64,000 nt of DNA from Octopus vulgaris (Eukaryota). The notes under the pieces are model-generated. The model was not told the DNA's origin and did no database searches. It saw only the letters and a list, made by a program, of their open reading frames with translations. Below, piece after piece: positions 1 to 13,154 of this stretch (positions are counted from its first letter, which is position 1; each line of letters begins with the position of its first letter). The stretch is from contig OX597821.1 of assembly GCA_951406725.2 (NCBI GenBank), positions 92,566,001-92,630,000 of the forward strand, given 5' to 3'. Position numbers and translations under genes: made by a program.

Positions 1-335
1 ACCACACCACCACATCACACCACCCTGCACACACCAGCACTGACCACTTCCCAGCACCTACACCATCATCCACACACCAACACATGCACACATCCACACG
101 TCAAGGTCACCAGCCCCAACGAATCTAGTCAACGCACAAGACAGCTATTATGCTCCCCACCACAACACAGCACCACGTGGACTCTGTTGAGACTAGTAAA
201 AACAATTATGAACTTTTTTATTACACTTAGCTTTTAAAAATATTTTTGATAAGGTTCGTTTTTTTCAAGAAGAATCGAAACATGTAAAATCTCTCAGAAA
301 ATTAAAATTTATCTTATATAGTGGCGTTTTCAAAC
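1..335 (+). mobile_element. CA-rich repeat end with degenerate HHR-like motif (putative Penelope-like terminal repeat)
   Basis: 1-110 is homologous to the reverse complement of ~23925-24070 (ccacttcccagcacc). 242-290 reads attt-TTGATAA-GGTTC..GAATC-GAAAC-AT-GTA-aaat, with 2 core mismatches. Ends at (TA)n. Confidence 0.4.
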
Positions 336-2195
336 TTCTTATATATATATATATGATATTACAAAAACTGTTGCATTTAACAAGACTACTAAGTGAGTAA
401 ATATATATCGCCTTGAATTATTATATATTTGCCTGCCTGGGTGAAAATCACATGCTCTTCTCCCACTAAACTAGTTGAATAAAATAACCAGTATTTGAGA
501 ACAAAGTTCAGACAAATAACCAATCATTGAATGACTACTATAAGTGACATGTTCAAACCACAGATAAAAATCGTGAAACGATGGAAACTTTTCGTGAGAA
601 GTTATCCTACTCTCATTTTTAGCATACACATACAGAATACCTGGGCGTTTGAAACCAAAGTACATAATGTCTGAAAGGAAAAATTTACCGCAGTTACCGT
701 ATTATTTGCTGTAGTTATGAGAATTAATAATCAATCATTCTTATTTTCATTTTAAACAAAACGCTTCAACTATATTTTACTCTATCCTACTTCTTCTAGA
801 AAACGATGTAACACAATTTTAATGAAAGCATATAATCTAATCTAAAAGAAATTAATTGTGATATAATTAATTATCTATTACTTTGCGTTAGTGAGACACG
901 TTACGCTGAAGCAATCTGCAGATAACGATAATTAAATATAGAGAAAAAATATGTATTTCCTTTAATTATATTTATTTAAATAAAAAAATATGGCTTTCAA
1001 GGTTATTTTCTCCAACACTAGATGAACGAATGTGTGTATATGTGTGCATATGTGTGTATGTGTGTACCTAGAATCTTGATAATCCAAAGAGTTTTGTTAT
1101 TTCCTAATTTAAATTTTCAGCTTACGAATGATAAGTAACACGCCCCTATAAATTCTTAACATTTTCTCTAAATCATTTCATCATTTTATCTTCATATATA
1201 AAACAGAGTTTGCTTTTACGTGTACGCATATGTTCATTATGGATTCGAAAACTGACTTGCCGATTTTAACGTAGGGGGTATGAAAAGGTTCAATAATCTT
1301 TCGGCTACCAAATAAAGTATGTTTTTTTGCGCAACTCTTAATTACAACAAAAATAACCTCACAAACGAGGTTGGGTTGCACAATTTTGAGGTTTTTAGCT
1401 AAAGGAGGCAACTCTACCTGAACAATATGCCTTAGAGCATAATGAGAAAATGTTTAAAATACATGGAGTTTAACCAGTGAATGAAACTTCGAAGATATAT
1501 CGTCAACTTTATTAGTTTTATTTAGTAGATAGTCTTTTAATGTGAAGTATGTTTGTCTGTGTTTTATGTAGCCCAGAGTTTTCTCTGATATAGCAGATCC
1601 ATTGCATAATTTTGGGGGTTTTGTTCCCTGAAATACTGTAAATCTGCGTCTTTCTTTTGATGAAAAAGTGTATTTTAGGAGAGATTTGATTGCTATTTGT
1701 AGTCTGTGTGTGTGAGAGTGTGTATGTGTGTGCGTGTTTTGCAGTGGAAAAAATATTTTTCTCAGAATATTTTGCACAATGATTTTTAAAGAAATCTGGA
1801 CATCTTTCTTACTGCTAGCCATTCATCTTCAAATTACAATTTTTAGTTGTTGGAAGTCAAGTAGACTGAGATGTACATATAGTGTCATTGTATAGAATGG
1901 ACGTTCTATACGAAGTTTTGAACTTATTATCTTGTGGTTTTAAGCACTATTTTACTGGGTTTAGTTTTTCGACTGTCGTCATGATGGGGTATCACCTTCA
2001 AAAATTTAACTGACCTCAGTACGTATTTCAATCTGGTATTTATTTTATAGATCTCTGCTTCATGAACTGCTAGCTTTGAGACATAGTGGCACATAATACT
2101 CAATTTGGCAACAAAGGAAAACACACACACACGCACATTAGGTGCAAGAATGACTGTGTAGTTAAGAAGATACAATGTGGCTGTAGGTCATAACA

Positions 2196-2223
2196 CCCGG
2201 GCAACGCCGGGGTGCATTGCTAG
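2196..2223 (+). mobile_element. Helitron 3' terminus (hairpin + CTAG), 5' end not located
   Basis: cccgggcaacgccgggg hairpin followed by ctag|t; same motif as the ends of the Helitron copies at 8395, 13154 and 19835. Confidence 0.6.
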
Positions 2224-4249
2224 TCTATTATAAACTACATTTAATATTGAATTTTGAGTCAGACAAGTCCATGTCGTATATAGTGTAAACATGTGATGTA
2301 ATCTTTTATACACCGTCACGAGCTTCTCAAATCCTGTTGCATTTCAAATGAACTGTTTGGTCTTTCCGAGTCGTCTCGGTGCATAAGTCGACCTATTATT
2401 TTTGGTTGTAAACTTTGGTTTGAAAAATGTGTCTTGTATATCAGATAATACGATAAATGAAACTCTTGTAATCAAATAAATCCAAAAAGAAAAACTGAAA
2501 CTACATACACACGATTTTGTACACACTTTGTACCGTATGATTACTCTCCCATGATATAATAGGTAATAAAATATTTTGTAATATACGCTCCTTTAGATTG
2601 ATAGTTTACAATGTAAACGTTTACAAATGATTTTGCTTGGAGAGAAATGTTTCTCTCTAAACAAAATTGATACACTTTTATTTATTCGTACGTTATTATA
2701 AATGCGTCCTTTTCTTATATGCTTTATACCAAGAACATCATTTGAAGCAATTACACTTTAATAGTTCCATTTCATTTTTCTAATTATTTATTTAGATCCC
2801 CAGAGAAATATATCTGAGTAACAGCTACTGTTCATTTTCGATCTCCTTAGTTTAGTTTATTTGGTATCTTGTCCTCATATAATATATTATATTTTAAAAT
2901 AAAATATAATAATATATCATTTTAAAATATAAATATTGTATTAATTCCGTTGATCAGAACATTAAGTTACTGCCCCTTATACAACAATATATCGAGAAAT
3001 GTTCTTCATGGTTAATAGCAGCAACTTAAATTTATATGTTATTCATATCCCACGAGCATAAATTCAGAATTTGTCTAGTTTAGTATTCATTCTCTACAAT
3101 TTTATGATACGCTATATTACAGCTTAATATATTATTGTACCTGAAAGAATTTGTAACGAATTAGGAAAACTCTGCTGTTAAAATCTTAGAAAATACATTA
3201 CATCTTAGGTAAATTAATTCCCATTTATATCACCAAAAGGAAATTTAACCTAACTTGTGATCACGACAAATATATAAACCCACTGTGGCAAATATGCAAA
3301 CCATTTCAACCTTTAGACAGCTGTTACAACTGTTTTACGTAAGTTCATCAATGTTATCCAAACGGGACATCGTGACACAAGGTTCGATAAAGAATTTTAA
3401 ATAATCCGGTCACGTGCTAACAACATTCGGATAATAATGATCATCATTAATGAAGTTGATAAATACAGTGAGCCGATGCTGACATCTACTTTGTTCCAAT
3501 CATAAAAGATAGTGTTGCTCCCCGGTTTCGAATTGCCTTCGCGATTCTGCAACTTCTACCTGATAGTATCGTACTGTTCATTAAATTGCTCTGTGGATTA
3601 GCATGATCTAGTACCCTTGGCAGCCTAAGAGATGTTGGCGACTGAATAGAAGAAATAGCTTTTTTGTAGAAATCGTTGATATCGACGTGTTAGTAACATT
3701 ACTACAGAAGATCGTATGATCAAATGGTACTTGTACAAGAATTGGAAAAAAAGCTGGGACATTCATGACATTGTAGTAAGTCCAATCCTAACTGTTCGGT
3801 CAGGCATCGGGAGTGAACCACCACAGTTTCACGTGATTGATCTATAATTGACCAATCAGTATGAAGCTGTAGCGTGATATGGTTTCTCTGATGTTTTAGA
3901 ATTTATCTTCTTGTCGCCCATATAAACAGATTAGCGCCTAATTCTCTAGGCAGACGACCTCTGGCATTCGAGCACACAGCTTCAGATTTTGCGCAGACGA
4001 GTTCGGGTTTTAGGACTGTCCGATTCTGAGCATTCACTATAAGTTGCTTCTACGGACACGGCATGGTGGTTCCCTCTCCTCCCAGTCGACAATTATTGAT
4101 ATTTTTCATTGTATATACCGACACCAAATATCATATCCGTCAATAAATATTATGGTTAAAGGTATGTGAGATTGCTTCAGCTATTATTCACGCCGCCAAC
4201 GACATTCCGTCGTCCATGGTGACTCGGACGTTTAAAAGATATCATCATA

Positions 4250-4660
4250 GGCGCCGGAGTGGCTGTGTGGAAAGTAGCTTGCTTACCAACCACATGGTTC
4301 CGGCTTCAGTCCCACTGCATGGCACCTTGGGCAAGTGTCTTCTTCTATAGCCTCGGGCCGACCAAAGCCTTGTAAGTGGATTTGGTAGACGGAAACTGAA
4401 AGAAGCCTGTCGTATATATGTATATATATGTGTATGTGTGTGTTTGTGTCTCTGTGTTTGTCCCCCCCCCCCAACATCGCTTGACAACCGATGGTGGTGT
4501 GTTTACGTCCCCGTAACTTAGCGGTTCGGCAAAACAGACCGATAGAGTAAGTACTAGGCTTACAAAGAATAAGTCCTGGGGTTGATTTCCTCAACTAAAG
4601 GCGGTGCTCCAGCATGGCCGCAGTCAAATGACTGAAACAAATAAAAGAGTAAAAGAGAGT
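4250..4660 (+). mobile_element. SINE family A (tRNA head + CORE-like domain), full length
   Basis: A box tggctgtgtgg, B-box-like ttcagtccc, CORE-like accttgggcaagt, internal (TA)/(TG) tract, (agtaaaag)n tail; more than 10 copies or fragments in the window. Confidence 0.9.
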
Positions 4661-5380
4661 ATTATCCAGTTCGACACGAGCGACCTTGCAATTCCTCGAC
4701 AACATTAATATGATTAACAATTGTGCATGGGGAATTTTTAAAGTTATTTGTTCAGCAAAAGATAACTCGTTTTCTTACACAGGTTTAATCTAAGCCGGGT
4801 TCCTTTCCGCATGGATTATCCCCACAACCCTGTAAAATGCGTTTGCTACTACTCATTGTCTCCCAAATTCCTTCACTAGCGATAACTTATATGTCCGAAA
4901 TATATTTTGATGAATTTAAAGGGCGTTTTAGGAAATATTGAAATATTCCAAATGATAGAGTATAACATTTTAATGCAGAATTGGTTTTAAAAGTTTTTTT
5001 TTCTTTAACGCTAATAGATTTAAACTGGCACTGTAGGCAGGACTTAAATGTTTTAGCAATCAAGGCGTTTTAATTAGTTCTTTTTGTTAAATGAAGTTTG
5101 GTACAATGCTCATACCACTTTTATTAGAACGCCAAATGAAGAGATGGAAACAAGACATTTCTTTGTTTTCTTGGTTCCTACTGAAATATGAAAACATTTT
5201 ATTTCATCTTGTGTGAGTTTGCTATAACCAACACATTTTCATCCTTATGAATGTTTCACAATGGTATATGTTGGTACTTATTTGGTGTAAGCTGAGCTGC
5301 ATGTAAAATCATAATGAACAGACACAAACATTACTATTTTTACTGTACGATTTATTGAACAAGATAACAATTGAAAATAT

Positions 5381-5761
5381 GGAAGCACTCCGTCGGTTAC
5401 GACGACGAGGGTTCCGGTTGATCCGAATCAACGGAACAGCCTGCTTGTGAAATTAACGTGTAAGTGGCTGAGCACTCCACAGACACGTGTACCCTTAACG
5501 TAGTTCTCGGAGATATTCAGCGTGACACAGAGAGTGACAAGGCCGGCCCTTTGAAATACAGGTACAACAGAAACAGGAAGTAAGAGTGAGAGAAAGTTGT
5601 GGTGAAAGAGTACAGCAGGGATCAGCACCATCCCTGCCGGAGCCTCATGGAGCTTTAGGTGTTTTCGCTCAATAAACACTCACAACGCCCGGTCTGGGAA
5701 TCGAAACCGCGATCCTATGACCGCGAGTCCGCTGCCCTAACCACTGGGCCATTGCGCCTCC
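5381..5761 (-). mobile_element. SINE family C (tRNA-derived), full length
   Basis: A box tggcccagtgg and B box gtttcgattcc on the minus strand; 13-bp TSD caattgaaaatat (5368-5380 / 5764-5776). Confidence 0.9.
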
Positions 5762-6204
5762 CCCAATTGAAAATATATACTACTATTAACTGCCAGTAGA
5801 GAATTTAGAGGTTGGAATAGAGTATAGTAATGGCTAATTAAGTTCGAAATACCGGGAAGGGCTAGTTTGCAAATATGAAGAATTCCTTTTCATCTCTTGC
5901 TGGATTCCGCTAAAGAAAACTTGGAGTTGCCGGGCGAAAAGTGAGGTGTTTGTTTTCAGCTGAGTCTGTCATATCTCAGCGATTGTTCTGGATTTCAAGG
6001 CAAGAGGCGAAGAATTTGTTCTCTAGAGTTCTCTCAAATCCCTCCTGTTTGTTCTTGGCGTGAAACTATTTATAATTAGAGAAAAGCAAATGACTCTCAA
6101 GGGCACTTGAGATGACGTTCAGGATACGACTGCGAGCTGACTGGTCGAAAAGTGTGTGATATACGGGTGACCAACTGTCATCGACTTGGTATCTGAAATA
6201 TGTT

Positions 6205-6437
6205 AGGCGGCGAGCTGGCAGAAACGTTAGCACGCCGGGCGAAATGTTTAGCAGTATTTCGTCTGCTGCTCCGTTCTGAGTTCAAATTCCGCCGAGGTCG
6301 ACTTTGCCTTTCATCCTTTCGGGGTCGATAAATTAAGTACCAGTTACGCACTGGGGTCGATATAATCGACTTAATCCGTTTGTCTGTCCTTGTTTGTCCT
6401 CTCTGTGTTTTAGCCCCTCGTGGGTAGTAAAGAAATA
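6205..6437 (+). mobile_element. SINE family B
   Basis: B box gagttcaaattcc, central gtcgactttgcctttcatcctttcggggtcgataaa domain; ~20-bp TSD ggtatct(g/a)aaatatgttagg (6188-6207 / 6438-6457). Confidence 0.9.
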
Positions 6438-6693
6438 GGTATCTAAAATATGTTAGGTTTGATTCTTGCTCTCACAACAAATATACATCTTGTCTTCATA
6501 TAAAATTTCAAAACAACAGAGAGTGCCTTTGCATATTGTTTTAGCATACGTTTCATTTAAATGGACAAATTCTATTAATATTAAACCACTAGGACTACCT
6601 AGATTAAGCCACCATTGGACTTGTCACGAAAACTGTTAACGTTGGTTTACTGGCTGCCTGTAAATGATGAACAACTATCGTGAACAATTATTC

Positions 6694-7261
6694 TTTTATC
6701 CTTTTACTTGTTTCAGGCATTTGATTGCGGCTATGCCGGAGCACTGCCTTTTAGTCGAACAGAACAACCCCCTTATTCTTTGTATTTATTCTATCGGTCC
6801 TTTTGTCAAGCGATCGGGGGACAAACACAGACACACAAATATATACGTGTACATATATATATATAGTTAGTTAATTCAAACAAGAAAGCACAAAAAAACA
6901 CAACAACGCGAGTACGTGGAACAAATATAGTATTATTGGACGCTCAGGAAAGAAGGAAAGAAGGAGGGTTTAACGTTTCGAGCGGAGCTCTTCGTCGGGA
7001 ACATAGGAGAAGGAAAGATCAAGAGAAGGGAAGACAGAGGGAAAAAAATCGCCAACGGTACACACGCAGTCACATTTTGAATGTGAATATATATATATAC
7101 GAAGGGATTCTTTCAGTTTCCGACTACCAAACCTACTCACAAGGCTTTAGTCGACCCGAAGCTACAGTAGAAGATACTTGCTTAAGGTGTCACGAAGTGG
7201 GACTGAACCCGGAACCATGTGGTTGGGAAGCAAGCTTTTTACCACACAGTCATGCCTGCGC
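6694..7261 (-). mobile_element. SINE family A, older copy interrupted at its (TA)n tract
   Basis: Both halves match family A; foreign insert at ~6866-7085. Confidence 0.8.
6968..7002 (-). ncRNA. Minimal type-I hammerhead-like motif (core variant CCGACGA)
   Basis: Minus strand: gttc-CCGACGA-A-GAGC-tcc-GCTC-GAAAC-GTT-aaac; palindromic ACGT stem III. Confidence 0.6.
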
Positions 7262-7465
7262 TCATTCGGAAGATTTATTAACAGAAGAATTTTTCATGTT
7301 GGTCTTTGAATCAGAATACGGACAACGATTTATAGACATGGAAAAAGGTAAACTCTACAGCTACGACAAAATAGCTGATTAGTTTAGATTCATGGCTACG
7401 CTGCCACCGTTGGAGAAATATGCTCACTACTCGGTTGAAAAAGTCTTTAAAACAACTGTTGACAT

Positions 7466-7634
7466 GCGCAGGAGTGGCTGTGTGGTAAGTAGCTTGCTAA
7501 CCAACCACATGGTTCCGGGTTCAGTCCCACTGCGTTGCATCTTGGGCAAGTGTCTTCTACTATAGCCCCGGGCCGACCAATGCCTTGTGAGTGGATTTGG
7601 TAGACGGAAACTGAAAGAAGCCTGTCGTATATAT

Positions 7635-7674
<40 letters not shown>

Positions 7675-7891
7675 TTGTGTGTCTGTGTTTGTCCCCCTAG
7701 CATTGCTTGACAACCGATGCTGGTGCGTTTACGTCCCCGTCACTTAGCGGTTCGGCAAAAGAGACCGATAGAATAAGTACAGGGCTTACAAAGAATAAGT
7801 CCCGGGGTCGATTTGCTCGACTAAAGGCGGTGATCCAGTATGGCCGCAGTCAAATGACTGAAACAAGTAAAAGAGTAAAAGAGTAAAGAGT
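7466..7891 (+). mobile_element. SINE family A, full length
   Basis: Near-identical to the 4250-4660 copy. Confidence 0.9.
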
Positions 7892-8089
7892 ATACGATTC
7901 CTGCTCGGCTGAATAGAAAGGTGAGAATGTGGTTATCACAGCGATGGTCTCCAACATTCAGAAGTTTAACGCCAAAAAATCGTCTTATTCATAAGTCTTG
8001 TTAGAAGGGTTCTTGAAGATTCTAGAATGTTGCATCACGTGATGGCTTGATACTGATTGGTCAGTTAATTAGGTGATCATATGAAATGG

Positions 8090-9240
8090 TTTAAGTCTAA
8101 GCCGTCAGTTTTATTCGGCTATTTCAGCAACTTGGTTTCGGATCTGCTACAGGCTCTTTTGCCATAAGGAAATTTGGTGAAACCAATACTCTTGCTTTGG
8201 ACATCAGCAAAGATTCCGACCGTGTCAAGCATACGATTCTGGAATCAATAATTCCAACCTACGATCTCCGTCGATCTTTCAGATCGTGCCATCGCAGCGT
8301 GTGTTCGGGAATCTCTTTTTGAACCACTTTTAATCAAATCTGGTGTGATTCAAGCTTCACTTTTGCCGTCACACTCTTCCCTTTTATACTTCAACTAGCA
8401 GTATCGCCCGGCGTTGCTCGGGTTTGTAAGGGAAATAACTATATAAGCATTTTTAGAGAGTTACTTCCCTTATATAAACCAAGCAAAAAATGAGAAAAAA
8501 TGATGGTAAATTTTTTTAAAATCGTAGACTCATCGTAGACGCGCACTAATACCCAGAAGGGCTCGATGTGAATCACGACTAAAAGATATCCGCTTTTGGT
8601 TAAACTGCACCGCAAAATGTGGGAGTAGTTAGGAATCTAAATCGGAGGAGACAGACTCTCACACAACTTCAGTTTTATATATATAAAGATAACCTACTTG
8701 CCATCACTGCTTACAACACCAACTCTTATGCAGATAATATGACGTTCCATTCTTCTCCAAACTTCATCAACTACGCATCATCTACACACACACACCATGA
8801 CACTATCACACGGAATCTGTACTGACTTCATGAGCAGAGACCTCGAATGCATGTTCCTGTTGATCGATGCTGATCTTATCTCTTTGAACAGCAAAAACTC
8901 AAGTACTACAAATATACAGCAACTCCTTAAATATGAGCAACGCTCAACCCGAGCCGTCAGAGTCACTTTAAATGTAAGGCTTCACTATTGCGCTGAGAAT
9001 CCTTCTTGGTGAGAGCAGATGCTTGATATATCTAGAAGTACATCATAAAGAATGGCGCTTCTTTTCAGAGCCAGAAAATACTTCAGTCACTAACAACTGT
9101 TGATATTTTATAAATGTCAAGTGTAGCCAACGATTGAATATTGCACGACATCTGGGACAGTGCAGTGGCTATATACACAGACATTCTACACTGCATTCAA
9201 AGAAGACCTCCTTAACTGAGAGGCATTAAAAATCCCTTAC
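8090..9240 (+). pseudogene. Decayed CR1/Jockey-group LINE reverse transcriptase fragment
   Basis: Translates to GETNTLALDISKDSDRVKH (LDISKAFDRVWH motif), SGVIQAS and NSYADNMT (YADD-like). Split by the Helitron at 8395-8689. Confidence 0.75.
8395..8689 (-). mobile_element. Non-autonomous Helitron
   Basis: Minus strand starts a|TC and ends with hairpin cccgagcaacgccggg + CTAG|t; no TSD; 3 copies in the window. Confidence 0.85.
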
Positions 9241-9399
9241 TTTTTCCAGTGTTTGTTGTACGATTTACACCAATCGTTTTCTGAAAGGTGATTTCATTAA
9301 GCAAGGATAATGGATACATATATAAATTGATATTGTTTTATGACGTCAACTCGCTGAGGATTAACAAAAAATCTATTCGTCATTATCTGTGTTAGAATG

Positions 9400-10940
9400 T
9401 AAAAAAAAAAAATTAAATTAAACTGATATGAACCACATTTTAGTTTTCTAAGCGCATGAACATATCTTATAGTTTTATCAGGCATGTGTATGATTTTGAA
9501 GTCTTATTCAGATAATATGACGGCCCACTTAACAATCCAATAAGAGGTTTGCTTGGAAACATCAATATTCTTTGGAAAAACGAATTCCAATAGCCTTTAT
9601 TCAGCCTCAATAGTGAAAGATTTCCTTAATAATTTCTCCAAACTTTCAATACAACATACTACTGCATACTTTCCGCTTTCTGTTCTTCGTTCGGTTTTTG
9701 AGTTCTGTTAATTGAATGACTAGCTATGCTATAGGCTTTTCCTTTTGAGACATTATTTCTGATACTACAAATCCAGAAGCGCTAACAGTAAAAAATCATT
9801 TTATATGCAGTAGAGAATGTTGCCAAGACAGAGTATTGTGTAAAAAGTTCATCTGTGTTCTTAAAGTCCTGTTTTTAATGCATGCAAGAAGTCACTGAAA
9901 TATGTCTGCAAATTTATGGACGAATCTGAGATAATGGTGTATCAACCCCAAATATTTTTCAATTTCTTCTTTTGATTTAAAAATAATAATGTGTAGGAAT
10001 TTGTCTGTTATAATATATGATAGTTTGATCCCATCCTTTGAAATATTCATTCCTTAGAAATCTATGCAAAATACAGAATAAATGCATTTATTTGGGTTAA
10101 TCGATACATTGGCACCTTTCAATCTAGCAATTTTTCTTGATTCTTCAATTTATTCTGGGTTGCTGCCATGACGAGAACGTTATCCTGACAGATAATTTAT
10201 ACAATTCCTTTCAATATAGACTCCATAAAATGTTGGAAAATGGAGCTGTTATTCTCATGACCCATTAACTAAGGAAAAAACCACTGCTTGCATTTATTAA
10301 AAAGAATCTCATAGAACCCTCATTCAAAGCAATCTGCCACTATGCTATCTTTAGATCAATTGAATATTTGATCCTTGCACACCAGTGGACTTTGTATTAA
10401 GATGAAGCGGACAGATAAATGCTAAAAGGTTTGAATCATATCATCTGAATGTACTTTGTAATTAGCCCATATTCTTAATTAGTCATCTATCTTTTTTCAC
10501 ATAGACAATTGGTAATATATTGTCGATATTTTTACATGGACATGGAGTTAAAATTCCCATTACCTTGAGATTAGGAAGTTCATTTTAGGTCATTTTAAGG
10601 AGTACAGGAACTTGGCATACGGAGAAAATATGAAAATTTAACCTTTCCCAATACTTGGAATAGAGGAACATTCTGCATTATTACCTAATTGCATTTGAAC
10701 TTAATGTCTGTCCAATTTATAATTAAATGTAAGTCGTGCAATGTAAATCATTATTTGTAGTAAAATTAACATTGAAACTGACTTTCTCCTTATCAGACCA
10801 TTTAGGAGTCATATCATTAACATTGATGTTATGGACAAATCTAATAAAATCCAATGATTTTGACCTGCAGAATTTACTGAAATAGGCCAATTCACTACAG
10901 TTAATGCCTTTCTTTTCATATGTTGCAGAACAGAACATAG
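9400..10940 (-). pseudogene. Highly decayed Ty3/Gypsy pol remnant
   Basis: Minus-strand motifs PIVYVKK, DLKIA*WQI, APFFQHFMESILKGI..IICQDNVLV (YQDD-like) and RNase H-like SASGFVVS..QKEKPIA; many stops and frameshifts. Confidence 0.65.
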
Positions 10941-11040
10941 AAGTATATATGATAATTGCTGTAATTTTTAATCTGGTTTCACTCAGTCATTCACTTATGA
11001 CTCTTCTCGCTTACCTCAATAAGAGTCTGTGCAAGTAACA

Positions 11041-11457
11041 TACTCTTTACTCTTTACTCTTTTATTTGTTTCAGTCATTTGACTGTGGCCATGCTGGAGC
11101 ACCGCCTTTAGTCGAGCAAATCGACCCCGGGACTTATTCTTTGTAAGCCTAGTACTTATTCTATTGTTCTCTTTTTGCCGAACCGCTAAGTGACGGGGAC
11201 GTAAGCACACCAGCATCAGTTGTCAAGCGATGTTGGGGAGACAAACACAGACACACACACACACACACATATATATACATATATATACATATATACGACA
11301 GGCTTCTTTCAGTTTCCGTCTACCAAATCCACTCACAAGGCATTGGTCAGCCCGGGGCTATAGCAGAAGACACTTGCCCAAGATGCCGCGCAGTGGGACT
11401 GAATCCGGAACAATGTGGCTGGTTAGCAAGCTACTTACCACACAGCCACTTCTGCGC
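11041..11457 (-). mobile_element. SINE family A, full length
   Basis: Reverse complement of family A. Confidence 0.9.
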
Positions 11458-11741
11458 TTAATATTTTTATATTAGAACATGTCTGTACAACTGATTCAAG
11501 AATATATATTCAATCTGATTGCACCCCCGAAACAAGGTTCAGCAAGTCTGAGGTGGATGATTTAGGTAAAACATTTTGGCATTATTATTTTTGTTTCAGT
11601 ATTATTAATTTAATAAAACAGAAAAAGGTTATATGAGTTCTGCTTCTGTATCATTGCCCCTTCATTTTTATTAGTTTGGCTGGAAAATAGAAACTGCAAA
11701 TGCCATTCACAGACTTTAACATTAGGGAGATTGATGCATTT

Positions 11742-12124
11742 GGAAGCACTCTGTCGGTTACGACGACGAGGGTTCTGGTTGATCCGAATCAATGGAACAG
11801 CCTGCTTGTGAAATTAACGTGTAAGTGGCTGAGCACTCCACAGACACGTGCACCCTTAACGTAGTTCTCGGGGAGATTCAGCGTGACACAGAGAGTGACA
11901 AGGCCGGCCCTGTGAAATACAGGTACAACAGAAACAGGAAGTAAGAGTGAGAGAAAGTTGTGGTGAAAGAGTACAGCAGGGATCACCACCATCCCCTGCC
12001 GGAGCCTCGTGGAGCTTAAGGTGTTTTCGCTCAATAAACACTCACAACGCCCGGTCTGGGAATCGAAACCGCGATCCTATGACCGTGAGTCTGCTGCCCT
12101 AACCACCGGGCCATTGCGCCTCCA
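11742..12124 (-). mobile_element. SINE family C, full length
   Basis: Matches 5381-5761; TSD gatgcattt (11733-11741 / 12130-12138). Confidence 0.9.
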
Positions 12125-12136
12125 CGATCGATGCAT

Positions 12137-12640
12137 TTACAATTTATGCCACTGAAATGTGCCAGGAGAGAATTCAAAATCATCGACTTTCAGGGTCCAT
12201 ATTAACCATCCACAATGTTTAGTGTGGGTCTTGGAGAAGTTTAGATAAGAAAAGAGTTTCAAAGTCTGGGAACAGCATTTGCACAGCCACTTCCCAGACC
12301 AACCTAATAAAATAGAGATGAGAATGAATTTTCTGGTGAAAAAATAATATTGGAATGACTCCCAGAGGACGATGCTTTTATAATCACCAATTAAGGGCTG
12401 AGTAGATACAATATGGGTGCAGGAGGTGATGAAGGAATAAAAAGGAGTATAATTTGCATTAAAACTAGGTATTGTTGGAAGTGACAGTATGTCATTAATA
12501 TACAGGAAGAAGGTGGTGGGGTGTGCAAAACTGAACATTGAGTCACACAGTAGTTGACAAAAGGTGTGTCAAAGAAAGTACTACCTGAACAAACCTCAAT
12601 AGTATCACCTGGGAGGAAACTTCTAATATAAGAGTTGGAA
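12137..12640 (-). pseudogene. Decayed CR1-type LINE RT fragment
   Basis: HPTTFFLYINDILSL resembles the SPTLFLLYINDL RT motif. Confidence 0.5.
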
Positions 12641-13092
12641 GAAGCCTATGTATGTGCAGTTGTCACATACATGGACTAATTCATACATATACACACACAT
12701 ATGTATAAGAATACATACAAACATACACACACACGCAGGCATTTTTTCCAAATACGCCAGCTAAACATGTTGTACTGTTTATTGGTTGTAAGACACCTGC
12801 TGTTTTTGTCCTGTTTTTACCATTATTGTTTTTTGTATTTTATATTCGTGTGGCATCGCCCGTTTTTCTGTCCCTGTTTCGTATACATTCGATCCTTCTT
12901 CCAAGAAATCTAATGCTCGTAGCTTAGTTTTTCCTTGGGGCTGGCCGGATCGGAGCGATCTCAAGATTAATCAGCCGAAATTGATACGATGATCCGGTTC
13001 TTGACTGAAGATTGAAGGCTTCGACTGTCCCGTCCGTGTTTTTTGTATCGTCTTCTAAATGTTTTACGTTCTTGTCCCAGTTTGTATTTTTC

Positions 13093-13153
<61 letters not shown>

Positions 13154-13154
<1 letters not shown>

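Noticed and set aside
3280-4240. CpG-rich complex region, possibly a decayed TE
   Set aside because: No protein motif could be read with confidence; only a short similarity to ~8010-8090.
4245-7713. Recurrent ORFs such as YDRLLSVSVYQIHSQG and MVVIPAVLFHHNFLS
   Set aside because: Chance frames within SINE families A and C, repeated with each copy.
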